From the NCBI RefSeq assembly GCF_006345805.1, contig NC_043000.1, positions 80,848,001 to 80,912,000 on the forward strand: a DNA stretch of 64,000 nt. The letters are read 5' to 3'. This DNA comes from Octopus sinensis (taxonomy: Eukaryota). A program made the translations under genes and the position numbers. The notes beneath the pieces were generated by a model. It was not told where the DNA came from. It saw only the letters and a list, made by a program, of their open reading frames with translations, and did no database searches. Below, in pieces: positions 25,140 to 38,520 of the stretch (position 1 is the stretch's first letter; each line of letters starts with the position of its first letter).

Positions 25140-25800
25140 GCAATTTACTGGGTTTGATTTCATCAGCTGTACTCTCCTTTAAAATTTATGACCTTATATT
25201 AATGTTGGAAATTATTTTAAGTCTATATATCAGGATCATCATTGTTATCACCTGCTCTCAGCAGGCTCAGTACTTTAGCTCACTGTCTCAGTCTTGAATT
25301 GTTGTTAATATATTCAGTTTTAAGTATGTCCTCTTCTTGATATGATTCATTCACAGAATTGTTGGTTTTCTCTTCCTCTCTTTCTATTCATTTTGCTTTC
25401 TATTAACAGACTTTGAAAGTATTTCTTTTTAATTAAGTGTCCAAAATATTTTAGTTTTCTGTCTTTGTTGTTTAAAAGAATTCTCTTACTTTTTTGCTGA
25501 TATTATAATGAAATTCTCAAAAGTCTTCTTTATGTTAATATTTCAAAGACTTCTAATCCATTTGGTAATACTTTAGTTAATGTCTATGTTTCAGTTCCAT
25601 ATAGTAACAGTAGGTCAAACATAACATTTTAATATTTTCCTGATTTCAATATCAATGTTTCTTGATGTTAGTATGTTTGACATATTTTTCAAATGATTTT
25701 CTATTTCAATTAATCTTTTGATTTCTGTTTCATATTTCCTCACTTTTCATTGTATATCATTATCATCAGCAGTAATAGCATTTTGTCTGCTTTCTCTGCT
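25140..25800 (-). mobile_element. Degenerate RTE ORF2 C-terminal fragment
   Basis: Frameshifted minus translation resembles LKCYV..LLYGTE.WTL..LEVFE...RRLLRIS. Confidence 0.6.
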
Positions 25801-27304
25801 GGTATCAGTTGTAGGTGTTGGGGTGTATGTCTCAAATGTTTTACTTTGGCATGGTTTCTACAGCTGGGTACCCTTCTTCACACTAGCCAATTTACAGAGT
25901 GTACAGGGTACATCTTATGGTACTAGCATTGGTAAAATTGCCATGTTCTTGACAAGACAAGATTGAAGTTCTTCTTGGCTCTATATCATCTCCATTCAGT
26001 TTTCAACTACTTTATACTGGTTGCATTTTATATTATGGCATCAGCTCTTATGAGTTTGTTTTGTATCTCATACGATAAAATAGAAGGGAGTGCAATTTTA
26101 GAAGCTGAACTCAGGTGAGAAAGGAAAAGGTTACCACTTGAAGTATAAAAGAATAATAATGACAGAAGAGAGAGAGAGAGACAAAGACAAACAGACAGAC
26201 AGAAATAGACAATCAGACAGATTGAAACAGGGACAGAAAATAACAAATAGTTACATTGGAAATGGTAAGAAAATGATGGATATCAATAAAAATGTGATCA
26301 TTTTCCCCATTACATTACTTGTACTCTTTCGATTGAACCTCCTTACCAACAATCACCATCCTCTCTTTCCCTTTGCCTCTCAGGCTGTCCTTTTTTCTCT
26401 CTCTTGTGCTATCTTTCATTATCACTCTCTTACTCCTACTGGTTTGGTTCTCTTCCATTAATTTCCTCTTGTTCTGAATTACTTTCATTATTATTCTCTT
26501 CTATGAACAGGAGCCAGTTCTTCCTCCTTAGAGATGACTGAACAGATAGAGACAATATAGAGTAGAAAGGATGCTTCAGTTTTGATAGAGACAAGACAAC
26601 GTCTGTAGTGCTATTATAAAATGCACACAATATACTTTGTAAACTAGTTGGCAGGATAAAAGGGAACATATGAGTGAAGCATGATCACTAACCCATCTTG
26701 GAATCAGTAAATGAATAAACATTGACTCTGTCTTTGACAACCTGTCCAACCCATGCCAGCATGGAAACAATAAATACAAAATGATGATGATAATGGTGAT
26801 AATAAATGGTTGAGTGTCTTGAAAAATGTTTTGTTATTATAAATGAAGAAATGGTAGATAAATAACCACGCAAATCAATATTTAAAAATCACATTGTCAG
26901 AATGGAAGCAAATTTTTGGAATGTCTTTATTTCATGATAGTTTAGTTGGATTTGGTCATTTGTTTCTTTACTTTTAGTGGGACAGTGCTTAGGGAGCTGC
27001 AAACTTGAATATTTACATATTTGGAGAGAATATTTATACTAATATTGATTCTATGGTATGATGTCCCTTTCTGTTATGAACTGCTTGTAGCTCTCCCCTA
27101 CATTCACATTCATTTCATACTATAGTACAACATTTCACATTGACACTCACATTCACTCTTTACAGTGTTACAACATCTTAATTCTTTACTTATACTATTC
27201 CAGTGGTCCTCAACAAGGGTCCATATGACCTTTGGGGGTCCATGTAAGATTTTGCCATTAAAATATATCTGCAATGAATTGATTATACTCCTACAACACA
27301 CAAA

Positions 27305-27690
27305 ATAGCCATGACTGTGTGGTAAGAAGCTTGCTTCCCAACCACATGGTTCCAGGTTCAGTCCTACTCCATGGCATCTTGTGCAAGTGTCTTCTACTAT
27401 AGCCTCTGGCCAACCAAAGTCTTGTGAGTGAATTTGGTTGATGGAAACTGAAAGAGGCCTAATGTGTATATTTGTGTATGTGTATATATATCAGTGTTTG
27501 ACCCCTGCCATCACTTGACAACTGATGTCCTTATAACTTAGTGGTTCAGCAAAAGAGACCAATCGAATAAGTACTAGGGTTACAAAGAATAAATCCTGGA
27601 ATTCATTTCTTTGGCTAAAACACTTTAAGGTGGTGCTCCAGCTTGGCCACAGTCAGATGACTGAAACAAGTAAAAGAGTAAAAGGATATA
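27305..27690 (+). mobile_element. Family-A SINE
   Basis: Complete head, microsatellite and tail organisation. Confidence 0.85.
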
Positions 27691-28184
27691 AGAATAATTG
27701 TTTTATACAATTTCTAATACTATTTACTTATATAAATATATTTACTTATAAAAACACACACACATGCACACACATACATACACACACACTAGATTATCAA
27801 TGATTCATAAACTGTTTTGGTCTACTGCCACTATTATGACCAACCAAATCAATATCTCATTAGCAATTTCCCTTTTCTGAAGTATTAAACAAATAACTCA
27901 GCACTCCATCTGCAGTTTCTCCTATCCTACAGTTCTAACCCTACCAACTCATCACCATATTGATAATGTCCCCTGTCCTTTAGTGTTAACCTCATTGACT
28001 CAGTACCCCATCAAAAATGTCCCCTACTCTCCAATGTTAACTTCACAAATGTCAAATGTCTTTGAAATGTGTATGTAAAGAAGACTTTTGAGAATATCAG
28101 TAAATACTAAGAAAATTCTTTTGAATAACAAAGATAGAAAAAAACTAAAATGTTTTTGACATTTGAAATTGGAAAAATAATTTT

Positions 28185-28567
28185 TTATCTTTTTATCTTT
28201 TACTTGCTTCAGTCATTAGACTGTGGCCATGCTGGGGCACTGCATTGAAGCACTTTAGTTGAATGAATCAACTTATGTTTTGTTAAGTGTGGTACTTATT
28301 CTATTGGTTTCTTTTACTGAACTGCCAAGTTATGGGGACATAAACACTCCAACACCAGTTGTCAAGTGGTGGAGGCAGACAAACACAAACACAAAGACAC
28401 ACACACACACACACACACAGTGGGCTTATTTCAGTTTCCATCTACCAAATTCACTCACAAGACTTTAGTCGAAGACACTTGCCCAAGGTGCCATACTATG
28501 GGACTGAACCCACAACCATGTAGTCGGGAAACAAACTTCTTACAAAACAGCCACACCTGTGCCTATA
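28185..28567 (-). mobile_element. Family-A SINE
   Basis: Matches other family-A copies. Confidence 0.8.
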
Positions 28568-28861
28568 ATGAAGTTATAGAATAATGAAGTTCCAAACTGG
28601 GGGTAACAGTTAGCTACAGGATTCCAATTATAGTACCTCTTTAGTAATTCCAATATTTCACAGGTGGATCATCAAGAGTTGTACAGCCAGGAACAGGAGC
28701 ATGTACTTTAGCTACCCCTGCTCATTATTCTATAGCTTACACCTTCAATTCTGTTCAATCTCATTACAAACTAACTGAAATCAATAACTTCTAACACATT
28801 TCAATTTAGTGTTTGACCAATTTCAAACTAGACTTTCAGCTGTTAGTTCATATCTTTCATT

Positions 28862-29220
28862 TTTTACCATTTATTTGTTTTAGTCCTTAGACTATGGCCA
28901 TGCTGGAGCACTGCCTTGAAGAATTTTAGCCAAATGAATTGACCCCGCTATTTATTTTTTTAAGGCTGGTACTTATTCTATCAGATTCATTAGTTGAACT
29001 GCTAGGTTACAGGAATGTAAACAAACCAATACCATCTGTGAAACACAGACATAAACACACACACACACACATGATAGGCTTCCAGTCTCCATCTACCAAA
29101 TCCACTCACAAGGCTTTGGTTGGACCGAGGCTATAGAAGAAGACACTTGCCCCTGGTGTCATGCAGTGGGACTGAACCTGGAACCATGTGGTTGGGAAGC
29201 AAACTGCTTACTACTCAGCA
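28862..29220 (-). mobile_element. Family-A SINE
   Basis: Matches other family-A copies. Confidence 0.8.
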
Positions 29221-30172
29221 TGATAAATTCACACACACACACACACACACACATATAAAGGATAAAGACCTCCTTTAGACATGAATGAACATGTGATTGC
29301 ACCTAGAAAGTTACCTTCTGAGGCACAAGTCTGGGCAGGGTTGTTTATGGAAGACCAGCAGTTTATGTTCATACACACACACACACACATGTGTGTGTGT
29401 TTATACTAGTGTAAATTGGTGTAAATTCCTTGTGGTAAGATAACTTCTCAAATGAACATGACTTAGGTGAATTCAGCTACTCAACTGTGACTGAAGCATT
29501 AAATAAAGTGCCAAATAAAGTAGTGGGGTCAACAGAATCTACTAAAATCCTTGAAGGTGGTGCCCAAGCATGGCCACAGTCTAATAACTGAACTGGTTGA
29601 TATGATTAAAATAATATTTCAATGTCCTTCCTTTTTCTTTAAAGATAGCTTGGGAGATTTTGCCACTATTCCTAGCAATACTGCAAAGGCTCTTGTCTTT
29701 TTTATAAAAATTTTGTTGTTTAGCCACAGGTCAACCCAAATTGAGTTGGTCTAGTATCAACTACATTCCAGCTATTACACTTGTGTATGTTAAGCTATTT
29801 TTTCCAATCTGTGCTCCTTTTTTAAAGACAAGCCAGTAATGATCTGAGGGAGATTGAGCTGCTATTTGTAACAGGTTGATCAAATTTACAGTAGCTCTCT
29901 CATTGACTTATCCCATGAAATATAACTGTGGAGTGTCAGAGGACTAGGTAAGCATTTTAATTTAGGCTTTCTTCTGTGTTCTGTGGGGTTATCAACCTAT
30001 GAAGTGGGTCCATCCCATTATTTAGATAACACTAATCTCTGTAATCCCTTGGTGATTAACAAACATCTGTTACAGTTATTGAACTCACAGTAATCAATAT
30101 AATAGGGTGATAGAATTTAAATTAAGATCAATAATTACCAAAATAAAAATAACTATCATAGTAATTATTTAC

Positions 30173-30224
30173 CTGTGATTGTTGTGGCTTTAAGACAATT
30201 TTCTTTTCAGTCCCAGCTGGTGCA
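30173..30224 (-). other. Candidate small exon (52 nt, phase 2 to 0; APAGTEKKIVLKPQQSQ)
   Basis: Acceptor gtgttgttttag, donor CAG|gtaaat; one open frame. Confidence 0.35.
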
Positions 30225-31468
30225 CTAAAACAACACATCTACAGTACTTCCTGGTTCACTTTTACTTCATCCTTTAATCCTCATTATATTCCCTGTTCTA
30301 ATTGTTAATCACTCTAGTCAATCACAATATATATATATATATATATATATGTCTGTAATGGATTCATATAGGTTGTGTCATAGATTTATATCAGTTTGAA
30401 GAATTACCTGGTCAGTCTGTGGCAAGCACCACTGAGCTAGAGACAGTTTTTCTTATGGAGTGTAAATTTATCATTTGTCCATGGCCTGGACTCTTACCTC
30501 TCAATAGCTCAGTCTATCTAGCTGTAAGTAGATACTCCAAGGTGGTAAAATTTACTGCTGTCATTGTTTAGCTCCAAGTCAGCTCTGATGAAGTAGATCT
30601 GTGATCAAAGATAGCTTTCCAGTCTTATATGTATGATTAAATGGATATATGGCTTCTATTTCTAGTAGGTTCTATAATTGTATAGAATTTCACTGTTAGA
30701 AAATTTATGATTGTTGCCGCTGTTGCTTTATGCCAGGTCAACCTTAATTGAAATGTCTTATGATCAGAAGGATTTCAGCAGTGGTTATCCTGTCTTTTAT
30801 TGAAACTTAGTAAAACTATGATTAGTAAAACTATGATCAAATAGCCATTCAGAAGTAGTCTTGTTTTATAGTATTGCAGTTGTTGTTTCCATCACAATTT
30901 TGACAATGATGATTATCTAATTCTTTGTGTTTTTTTTAAAGTCAATTTGTCTCAGAACTTCCTTTAAACTATATACTCCAGATATTAATTCAAGTCACAA
31001 TAACTGTACTTTTGTTAGCAAAACAAGAATTTAGAGAACGATAAAATATTTGTAAATTCCTCATTATTTTGGATATTATTTAAAAAAGAAAAAACCCATC
31101 TAAGTTGTGAGTGCATACTTGTTACAAATTCTCAAGTGACTTTTTATTAGAAATAGGCAGAAATTTAGAAAAAGCTTTAAATCCTACTTTATTTTTGATT
31201 TCTTTTATTTTTTGGACATTTAGTATCTGGCCAAGCAGACTTACATTTTTCCAACTTGACCCTATTACCCATCATGATCCTGCATAGCATCCAGGAAGTC
31301 ACCTGAACAACATCCCATATTTGTACAAAGGCTTTTGATGGAAGGCCAACCCATGCATAATCACGTTGGAGTATTTATAGTAGGGTATCACTAATGGCTT
31401 ATTGCTTAGCTCTCCAACAATTTTCTGCAAAACACACACATATCTCTGCCTGCCTGTCTGTCTGTCTG

Positions 31469-31508
<40 letters not shown>

Positions 31509-32029
31509 GGAAACTCCAAGAAGATGGCCATACAGCCTCTGTTTAGACAAATGGTTTTTCTATGATATGTTCAGAATGGCTTATAACTTCGGTACTGTCA
31601 AGTCTTACGTCTAGCTGTTTGGTGAGTGAACTTTGCACATGCAAGTGCTACTAGTTGAGAACTCTGCATGCCAGAAGCCAGCAAGTGTATGGGGTCATCA
31701 GGAGAGAATGTGTACTGTTTCGGAGCCTAACACTCGACAGCATCAATGCACACTGCCCCACCCCTCGCTGATATGAGGCCTTGCTTGCTAGATCAACTGG
31801 TTATTAAATAAAGCTCAATGTTCTTCTAGCCATCACTCATTGTCTCTTTTTAACCAAATCCAGTGGCTAACCTTTTCTACAGTAGTCTGGATATCAGTCA
31901 TGGTGACATTTACTTTACGAGGAGTTAGGCCTAATGATAACAGTCGACTCACACTGTATCCAACAAACCCTCTACATCTGACTTCTTAGAGACAGTATAC
32001 CCCAAGAATTAGTAGCAACAATATTGATG

Positions 32030-32345
32030 CTCTCCAAGAACACAAGAGCCAGAGTCTAATCACATGATGGAAGCACTGTTTTCTTTGATATCAGTGCAGG
32101 GTCTCACAAAGCAATATCCTCACACCATTCCTATTTATAACCCACCTGAACTATATCCTTTGCACATCAGTTGACAAAAGTTTAGAGCTCAGCTTTACTT
32201 TGACAAAATCCACCTTACTTTATCACTCAACCACTACATAAATACAGATTATGTTGATGATGTTCTTCTCATAGACTCCAACTCAGAAGCTTCCACATTT
32301 TTAAATGACCTTGAAAAAGCAGCAGCAGATGTTTGTCTTTCAGAT
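32030..32345 (+). mobile_element. Old RTE RT fragment, resembling the 12-13.5 kb element
   Basis: DGSTVFFDISAG..ILTPFLFI..LNYIL and NTDYVDDVLLI..FLNDLEKAA. Confidence 0.65.
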
Positions 32346-32350
32346 ATTAA

Positions 32351-32531
32351 TTAATCCTTTAATTATGCCAAAAGTATGCAGAGAGACAGAAGCTGTCAAT
32401 AAGCAATTTTGATTGTCATGCTGTTTATAAAAAGCACAAAAATTCAATTTCAAAGTATTAATTTTCACAATATTTTTGAAGTCAGAGTTAGTGACATGCT
32501 CAAACATAAATTAGCATACCTAAAGGGTTAA
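32351..32531. mobile_element. piggyBac-like MITE
   Basis: TTAA at both ends. Left TTAATCCTTTAATTATGCCAA versus reverse complement of the right end TTAACCCTTTAGGTATGCTAA. Confidence 0.5.
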
Positions 32532-32796
32532 ACACCTTTTCTTGTGAAAAACAGTCCTGTGACAGAGAATTAAAAGCCCATCAGATCATTTAAATGATAT
32601 TACCAGAACCTACCATCTCAGTTCCAAAGGCCATTTTGGATGAATTTCTCTCATTGGCTGTTTATTTTAGAGTTTTTATTGAGATGTTCACAGAAATAGG
32701 TTATAACTACAATAACAGCAAATACAATTGTAATTTGTCAATAGTAATTATAATGGCTACAGAAACATTTATAAACAGAAACCAGGAATCACTTAC

Positions 32797-32877
32797 AGTT
32801 GTTGTCGTTATTGCTGTCCTTGAAACAACTTGCCATTCCAGCTGTTCCATCAGTTGTTGCTGTTGTAGAAGATGGTC
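32797..32877 (-). other. Candidate exon (81 nt, or 84 nt via a NAGNAG acceptor)
   Basis: Acceptor tttttataaagcag, donor ACT|gtaagt; two frames are open (PSSTTATTDGTAGMASCFKDSNNDNN or DHLLQQQQLMEQLEWQVVSRTAITTTT). Confidence 0.35.
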
Positions 32878-34079
32878 CTGCTTTATAAAAATAGCAGAAA
32901 TCATTTCACTATCACAATAAAGCATTTCTATCATTGTCTAGCTTGGTATTCAACAACTAATTAACGCTCTTGTTTTGTTTGTTTTTCTCTCCTCTTTTTA
33001 TTATATTTTCAAGTTGTTATTAAATAAAAGATTTTTATATAATGAAATAACCATTTTTTTTTGTTTTTCTTTTTAAACAATCTAAACACATGTAGGTTTT
33101 TTTTTCTTTCTTTTTTTTTTAATTTCTATTTGCATATTTTTTTAATTATCTAAATACATCAGATCAATTTATCCCATTGTTTAAAACACATCAACGTTTA
33201 TCTTTTAAAGAATCTAAACACATTTATCTTTTGCTACCATTTTATTCTTTCTCTTTGTCTTTTTTAAGTATCTAAACACATCAGTTTTGTTTGCTTTTTT
33301 CCTCTTTTTATTTTTAATGTTTTGCAGTTGTTCTAGTTTCTTTTAATGTTCAAATCAAGCAGCTTGTTCTCAAGTAACACACTTGTCTTGTCTTCTAAGA
33401 GACTTGATGAAGTATGTTCTTTGTCTGCATGTATGCACTGTGTGTGTCTGCCTGCTTGCCAGTCCTGTGTGTGTGTCTGTATTTGATTAAATTCTCATGG
33501 TAACTAATTGTGTTCAAATTCACTATTAGGATAAATTATTTACCATGGAATTAAGTTAAGGGGTGGGCATCCAATAGATATAATCTTTAACTTAATTATC
33601 CAAATTTATGCTGTTGGTACATTTAAGATATTTCTCTTGAATCACCAACACACTATAATCTGTGGCTCACAAATTCCTCCTCTCTCTACCTCTTCTACCA
33701 CTACTTTTCTGATCTACCTAATTGCATGCCATATTTTCCATTCAATTAATCCAACACACTTGTATCTCTCCTCTTTAGTGCATTTCACTGCCTACCAAAC
33801 TCTGTACTAATTACTTTGATTAATCCCCTCGACACATAACTTGCAACCTGCTGGAACTACCGTCTATTGATGTCTATTCTTGTAAAAAAAGCATTTTGAT
33901 GTAATAATTCTCCAACTTTCTCAGGAATCAATACTTCCCATAAGATATTTCTTAGTGGAACAATATGTACTACCTGCACTCACCTTGCCTTTCACTCAAG
34001 TAAAAGGGACTCAAAGAAACAGCCTCTATTTCTCATTGGAGAACACACACTTTTTTTTGGGGGGGGGGGCTTAAAATAT

Positions 34080-36355
34080 CTGGTGGAGTAGAATATGGCC
34101 TAGTCACCTGTGTAGATACTCAGGTTGTCCTTGAGGGAGTCAAACTCAAGAACTGTGTAGAAGCATTATAGTTAAATTACAAAGGTAAAAGTGACACCAT
34201 AGACAGAAATAATTACAGAGGTATCAAAATACTGGATCAGGTCATGGAAATCATAACTCTACTAATTAGGAAGAGAGTTGGTCTAGATGAGATGTAATTT
34301 GGTTTTGTGCCAAAGAGAAGCACTACTAATGCTAACTTCTTGGTAAGGGTTCTTGAGAAACATTACTGATGCTAACTTCTTGGTAATATGGCATGCAATA
34401 AACCTCTGCACTTGGCTTTTGTCAACACAGAGAAAGTCTTTGACAAGGTCCCCTACTCCCTTATCTGGTGGTTGTTGCTGAAGCTAAGGATAGATGGGTA
34501 GTTGGTGAGATCTATACAGGCCATGTACAGGGTTGCTGTTAGTAAAGTGAAAGTCAGCAATGAGTATAGTAACAAATTTAGTTTACTGGTAGGAGTTTAC
34601 TAAGGATTAGTTTTTAGCCTCTCCCTGTTTATCATAGACCTCTGGGTCATAGCAGAGGAATTTAAGACAGGCTACCCTTGGGAGCTCCTCTAGGCTGATG
34701 ACCTTGTTCTTTTAGATAAATCACTACCAAAACTAGAGAAGAAATTTCAGGTATGAAAGCAAGGTCTGGAATCAAAGAGCCTTAGAGATAATTTAGCAAA
34801 GACAAAAGTCTTAGTAAGTAGGAAATGTAAAAGAGGTGTGGGTAGAAATTCCATACAGTGCACCCAATGTAAACTATGGACACCTAGTAGGTGCAGTAGT
34901 ATCAGAGGAAGGTTAACAGAGAAAGTAGTCTTTTTGTGTGGAAGATGTGCTGGTTCATTGAATATTAAGACTGTACAGAAAATACAATTCCTCAAATGTT
35001 TGATGAGATCCTTAGAAGTAGTAGGTAGCTTCCGGTACCTAGGTGACCAAGTTAGCAGTGGCGGAGGGTGCTCTGAAAGAGTAATTGCTTGAATAAGAAT
35101 GAGTTAGTCAAAGTTAAGAGAGCTGCTACCCTTGTTGGTAACAAAGGGTCTCTCCTTCAGAGTGAAAGGCAGATTGTATAATGCCTGTGTATGAACAGCT
35201 ATGCCATATGGCAGTGAGATATGGGTTTTGACTACAGAGGATATGAGAAGTCTTGAAAGAAATGAAGCCATGTACATCAGAGTGTAAGTGATTTAAGGGA
35301 AAAATTGGTTATAAGAAGCATTAGTTGTAGCATGCAAGAGAGAAGATTGCACTGGTATGGTCATGTGATGCCTATGGATGAGGATAGCTCCATAAAGAAT
35401 TACCAAGCCTTAATTGGGGAACATGTGGAAGAGGTAGACCCATGAAGAAGTGGAACAAAGTGGAAAGAAATGATCCACTAATGTTGAGCCTCCCAGAGAT
35501 GGCAAGGGACCGTGATTTCTGGCAATTTTCTGTAGTTGAGAAGACACATCAAGCTAAGTAAAATGGGACTGTCCATACATACAAGTATCTACTTTACAGC
35601 TGTATCCCCACCTAAGACACACATAATCTATCCTCTTTCAAAACTACTCCATAACCCAGGGCAGGTGCCTTCCCTCTACACTCTCTCTCATGTGCCTCAC
35701 CCACAAGCTGAGTCACACTCTATGCCCTCACATATCTACCATAACTCCCTCCCAACCACTTCAATTTCTCTCACTATCACTCACTACAGTCATGTCTTTC
35801 CATCTCTAAACATCTCCCCTCACACTCTCAAGGCTCTTCGCCTTCTACCCCCTGTGTACTTCTTAATTCTCTGCCCACTATTCCCTGTGGGTAGGCCTCA
35901 ATACATCTCCAACATCATCTATTTCTCTCTCTTTCACACTAACTGTTTCTCTATCTTTCTAACTCTCTCCCTCTACTTCCTTGTCCTACTGTAGCTGCCA
36001 AGTTTTTCCTCTATAGCATCTCAGTCCCTCTATTATACTCTAACCTCTTGTCTGGCTCACAACCACTTTCATTGATTCCAATACCTCTCTCAGCTGAGGG
36101 GTTTTTATCTTGCAAGCTACTTGGCGACCCCATTAGTGTTGATGCCACATAAAAGACATCTGTGCTGGCTTGCCATAAAAGGCACTTGTGCTGGTGTCAT
36201 CTAAAAAGCACCTGTGCTTGTATCATATAAAAAGGACATTAATCCATAGAAACCATGCCAAAACAGAACTGGAATCTAGTGCAGCCCTTTGGTTTAACAG
36301 CTCCTGTCAAACCATTTAATCTACGCCAGCATGGAAAACAGACGTTAACTGATGC
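34080..36355 (+). mobile_element. Second, more decayed RTE copy (RT ~34170-35560; CT-rich segment and 3' module to ~36355)
   Basis: YKGKSDTIDRNNYRGIK; nucleotide similarity to 19270-20700; CTQCKLW..RC..CGRC; ends ACGCCAGCATGGAAAACAGACGTTAA plus a GAT-like tail. Continuity across 35560-36100 is inferred. Confidence 0.8.
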
Positions 36356-36366
36356 TGATATATATA

Positions 36367-36765
36367 TCATCACCATCATCATCATCATCATCATCATTTA
36401 ACATCCACTTTCCATGCTAGCATGGGTTGGACGATTTCACTGAGGTCTGGCAAACCAGACTCCAATCTGATCTGGCAGAGTTTCTACAGCTGGATGCCCT
36501 TTCTAACACCAACCACTCCGAAAGTGTAGTGGGTTGCTTTTACGTGCCACTGGCACGAGGGCTAGTCAGGTAGTACTGGTAACAGCAATGCTCAAATGGT
36601 GCTTTTTATGTGCCACCTGCACAGGAGCTAGTCCAGCGGCTCTGGCAACGACCTTGCTCCAATGTTTTTCACATGCCAGTAAGGGACGCAGGTAATGATC
36701 ATGCTCGAATGGTGTTTTTTACGTGCCACTGGCACAGAGGCCAGCTTGTTGCTCTGGCAACAATA
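36367..36765 (-). mobile_element. Free RTE 3'-UTR module (short retroposed copy) with (GAT)n tail
   Basis: Reverse complement of the 20900-21320 region, without coding sequence. Confidence 0.85.
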
Positions 36766-36804
36766 TATATATATATATATGCTTTTTATGATCATCAGTT
36801 ACAT

Positions 36805-37036
36805 TTAGCCCTTTTGTTACCATGTTTCTGTTGGAATACACTGCCTTTGTTTCAATTAAATTTGAAAACAATAAAAAAATTTATTAAAATAACTCTGACA
36901 ATATTAAGCTGATGTTTGGAACATGAATTAGCATGAAATTTTTGATGGAAGGTTTATATTTAGATCACTTTAAAGTGGGAAGTTTGTATTATAGAACCAA
37001 AGGCGGTTTCAGGCAGGTTGGTATCTAAAGGGTTAA
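36805..37036. mobile_element. piggyBac-like MITE
   Basis: Left TTAG-CCCTTTTGTTACCA versus reverse complement of the right end TTAA-CCCTTTAGATACCA. Confidence 0.55.
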
Positions 37037-38496
37037 CATCTGTCCTCCATGCTTTCATAGGTCGGACAGTTTGATAGAATCCAAAGAGCTAAAGGATGGC
37101 ATCAAAATCCAATGCCTACTTTGGGAAGGTTTCTCAGAGCTGGATGTCCTTCTTAACACCAACCCCTTTACAGGGTGTACTGGGTGCTTTTTACATAACA
37201 CTTGTATAGGTTAAGGTTACCAAGTAACTTGCTAAAGGAAAAGAAGCAGCCACATAATAGGAGGTGACTTTATGCCAAGTGTTGAGATGCTAAAGTATGA
37301 TAGGCAGACAAACACAAGTATCTTGCTGTATAAGAGATACATGGCTTCCTCACATTATGTCGGAGTGGATAGGAGTAGCTGGAAAGAAGATAGATATAAG
37401 TAACTTTAAATATATATATATACACACACACACACACTCCCAACAAATTCAATAAAGGTATATTTCAGCTACCACAACAGCCTATATCATGCTGCTACAT
37501 AGAGATAATTCTGCATTTGGCACAGTTGCCAAAAATTACAATAATCTTCTCTTGGTACTTCACTGATGAAAAAACACTTCAACCAACCAATCTCAGCAGA
37601 TCTACTGCAGATCAATAATCCCGCACCAATATATTATAAGCCTTCGCATTGGCTGATTATTTTTTTCTCTATTTCTAGTGCAATGGTAGATGATGATGAT
37701 GATAATAATAATGATTTCTTTTATTTATATAATGATTTCTTTAATAATAATAATAGACACAAAAGTTTTTTTTTCATCTATTTTCAGTTTTTATCATTAT
37801 CTACTTTGGTATGTTCGATTCTTTTCTCAGTTAGTTTTACTTTGTTCTTTTTTTATCATTTTGGGTATAATGGTTGTCTTTTAGATACAGAATGATAAGA
37901 AAACTAGAATCTTCTGCTGACAGAATTAGAGTAGGTCAGTACTACAGCAGGAAGATAAGATTGATTTCAATACAGGTTCATCATTACAATTGCTATTTTC
38001 GTTTGAGATTTAGTAAGTTAATTATCATGACAAATTTATAAGAGGTTGGTATTTCCCCATCTTAAATACTAAACTATCTGTACCTCTGTCGTATTGTTAA
38101 ATACCAAGTTACCCCTTTTGTTACACTGTGTCCTATTGCCAAGAACTATATATCTTGTGTGTGTGTGTATACACACACAAATCTTGTGGTCTCATAGGAG
38201 GGTTATTAGACAAACGAATCTTATGGTCTCTTGGGAAGGTCATTACACCAATAATAATAACACATGCACTGGTTGAATATCACTTCTTTATTGTTAGTCA
38301 ATTGGTTAACTATCTAAATTACTAATCACTCATTTGTTTACTGTCCTGGTTAAACAATCACTCACTTGTTTATTTGTCAAAGTCCATTCATAACTGTTCA
38401 CAATATATGTATATGTATATATGTATATGTATATGTGTATATATATATATATGTATATATGTATAATGTAAAATTAACAAAGTGAATGCCATTTAC

Positions 38497-38520
38497 CTCC
38501 CCTTTGATCTCTGATGTCAT
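38497..38520 (-). other. Candidate 24-nt micro-exon
   Basis: cattttacag|ATGACATCAGAGATCAAAGGGGAG|gtaaat. Confidence 0.25.

Noticed and set aside
32594-32920. 108-aa plus-strand ORF (MILPEPTISV...)
   Set aside because: No recognisable domain; it is antisense to the better-supported minus-strand exon candidates.
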